Assembly: GCA_903813345.2 (NCBI GenBank)
Contig: CAIIXF020000001.1
Span: forward strand, 38,440,001-38,504,000
Length of the DNA: 64,000 nt
Reading direction: 5' to 3'
DNA from: Owenia fusiformis
Taxonomy: Eukaryota
Below, one piece after another: positions 61,404-64,000 of this stretch (position 1 is the stretch's first letter; every line of letters begins with the position of its first letter). The notes under the pieces were generated by a model. That model was not told the origin of the DNA, searched no databases, and saw only the letters and a program-made list of their open reading frames with translations. The translations under genes were made by a program, and so were the position numbers.

Positions 61404-64000
61404 ACGAAGCTTAGTTAACATTCAAAACCAATTAATGTTAAAAATGGGTATTTTTCGTGTAATTGAAAATAGCTAAAACTAAAATTATTTTTTCTAATTG
61501 TTTTATGTATTTTAAAATAATATGCCTTTATCTTTATTCGGTCAGCATACTTATTGATCAGTCCGGTTGTAAATAACTTTGAAAATTCGCTCATAAGTTG
61601 TGAATTTCGTGAATTTGCTGATGTAACAGGACAACACGCCCGTGAAAACATGTCATTTGTCAGTTATAAATGGTCGCATCTTTTCATTTTGGTTCTTTTG
61701 GCATAGAAAACATTCAGTCAGAGTGTGATGACAGCAGTGTATTTGCTTCTCACCTACTACCGATTATATATACCCATTATAGTAAGTGTACAATTTATTC
61801 TGTGAAAAACGTCACGGTCGTTAAAACAGGCCCAGGCGGCAGTAGGGAAACTCGAGATATATTAATTATCCGTGGTTATAAAGTCTTTAGTTCAGTTTAT
61901 CAGACCAAAGTGTTACAAATCGTGATAATAGTTGTGATTGAATTATAATGAACATGATCTGAAAAGTTCTGAAAAATCACAGTTTTGCTTGTGAAAAACG
62001 ACCGTGGTGTTACTCATATATTGACAGTAGTCTTGTTTGAAATGGGGCAATTTTCAAGAAAACAATGTGACCACTCCCTCATAACATAAAAGGATTTTCG
62101 AAATAACAAGCATTACCTCATCTATGAACTGATATTGTGCGAAACTGTGACAATCGTCACGCGTGAAAAACGTCACGGTTATAGCATTGAACTCAAAGCA
62201 GTAATTAGCCATTTTTATAAATCCCAGATGCATTGATTTAATTTGATATTATGACCCATATTCTTAAAACACATGTTTTAAAGTTATTCAGTGATTACGC
62301 ATAAAGATCAATTTATAGGCAAGGAAACGATAACACCAAACGAATTTGCCCTTTTGTAAATGTGCTTTTTACATTTTGTACGTCTTTACAGTAATACGTA
62401 ACATGCAAGCAAATGACAAGTTATTTGGGAATTCCGTAAGCATAATTTATCGGAAAAGTCATAACAAAAAATGTTATATGAAGACCATTAAAGCCCAAAA
62501 TAGTTGACCCTCAGTAAATAACATTTCGTTCAGTGTATTCCCGGGGATTGCTGAATTCAATCATAAAGTCACTTGATGTTTGCATTCGGTTTTCTTTTCA
62601 ATGAATGCAATTATTATTAATGGAGAACAGCATAAACCGAAAACTCTAGTTAAGTAATATGAACGATTACAGCTTTTCAACGATGTTTTCGTGTTATAAT
62701 TGATTTTTATCTATTTCAATTCCATTTGCACGATCTGTATATGATCTGTAATATTCAATATGCCTAGCTTTGCGAAACGCAATTCGTTGGGAAAGAGATA
62801 GAGAAAAGCAAAATCAAAGCAATCCCCTAGAATATCAAAGAATATGTAAGGCAAGCAATGCAAAAAACACTCCTCTTTGAAATATATCGCCAACCGACTA
62901 GCAAAAGAAATCAGCACAAAATGCACGCTTCGAGAATGGAGGCAACAAAGCGAGATTAATTCTTTCAATGTTCTCTTTCTCTAAAACAAAACCGGGATAA
63001 CCCATTGCAGTGAATATTAAACTTCCAGAACTTCAAAGAAAAAATGAAAATCACAGGAAAGAATTGAGTTTATGCTGAGAATTTTGTTATGTGATATCAG
63101 AAACCGTTGAAAAAGTATCGAGTCTGACAAAAATATCGTTCTAGGTCTAGCGACTTAACTCAGCTCGAATGAAGCAAAACATAACGATAAGAACGTTTCC
63201 AGTGGCCATGAAAAATGACCTTGTGATGAGATCGGGGCATCGATGAAGCGCTCCGCAGACAAAAGAAAATTTCATATTCACAGTGCAGATGAGTTTTATG
63301 CTTTGGCTACGTCAGACTTAAATACGTCATCAATATCATTCTTATATCTTTCAAATGATAACGTACAATCAAGTAGAGTTACCATTTATTTTAAATGAAA
63401 AAGTATCTCTTTAATTTGAAATCTTCAAAAGGGACTTTTCTAATGCATGATTGAATACCTTTAATGTCATTTGGAATGAACACGTACATGGTTGCCCTGC
63501 TGTTTGTGGTGCATGCAGGAAAGGCTTCACTACGTCACCCTGCAGTTGGTCTAAAAAGTAAACACCCAAAGTAAAAGTTTCTCAAATTGTAAAAAACAAA
63601 TCAAAGTGTCTTACCCCATACACTAAAAGAGATTAAAATGGAACTAGGGTGATTAGGTGCTTGACGACAAGCCACGGTGTAAAAGCGCTGGTTTCTTGAA
63701 TCAGTGAAAAGTTTTGGTGAAGTTGATTTAAAAAGATAAATAATGTGGTGTGCACATTGTTATTGAAAATAGAAAAGAGGTGTTCAGTACATATAAACTA
63801 TGATTGCATACGAGTCCACATATGTAACATGTACGTAACTGCTTTTTCCTTGGAGAAAGTGAAACACGGCACGATTCTACTATTCATGCTTTATGTCGAG
63901 TTTTGTCGGAAAATTAAACATAAAGGTGATAATATAATACAAAAACACAAACTTGTTTCTCAATTCACCTAGCTATAGGCATCAAAATTACCATTCTTGA

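Overview
AT-rich, intron-rich animal genomic DNA, probably a mollusc or other lophotrochozoan (inferred from gene and repeat types). I assembled two complete minus-strand spliced genes by hand with consistent intron phases. Gene 1 (26351->4610, 17 exons, ~829 aa) encodes a secreted mosaic protein: signal peptide, 10-Cys Ly6/three-finger domain, Thr/Pro-rich linker, 12 EGF repeats and a C-type lectin-like domain. It contains one GC-AG intron. Gene 2 (45799->28998, 28 coding exons, ~1351 aa) encodes an adhesion GPCR (CUB, 3 EGF, 2 Ig, HormR, GAIN/GPS, 7TM) whose GPS lacks the autoproteolytic H-L-T/S triad. A 381-aa intronless orphan ORF (58093->56948) is followed by a decayed Penelope element with a degenerate hammerhead ribozyme. 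Non-coding DNA is dense in repeats: MITEs and foldbacks, a three-level transposon nest, two inverted transposon pairs that each enclose one EGF exon, a tRNA-headed SINE, a LINE fragment and a 45-bp minisatellite with 315-bp higher-order structure. No rRNA, functional tRNA or CRISPR array was seen. All models are manual, with no database or transcript support.
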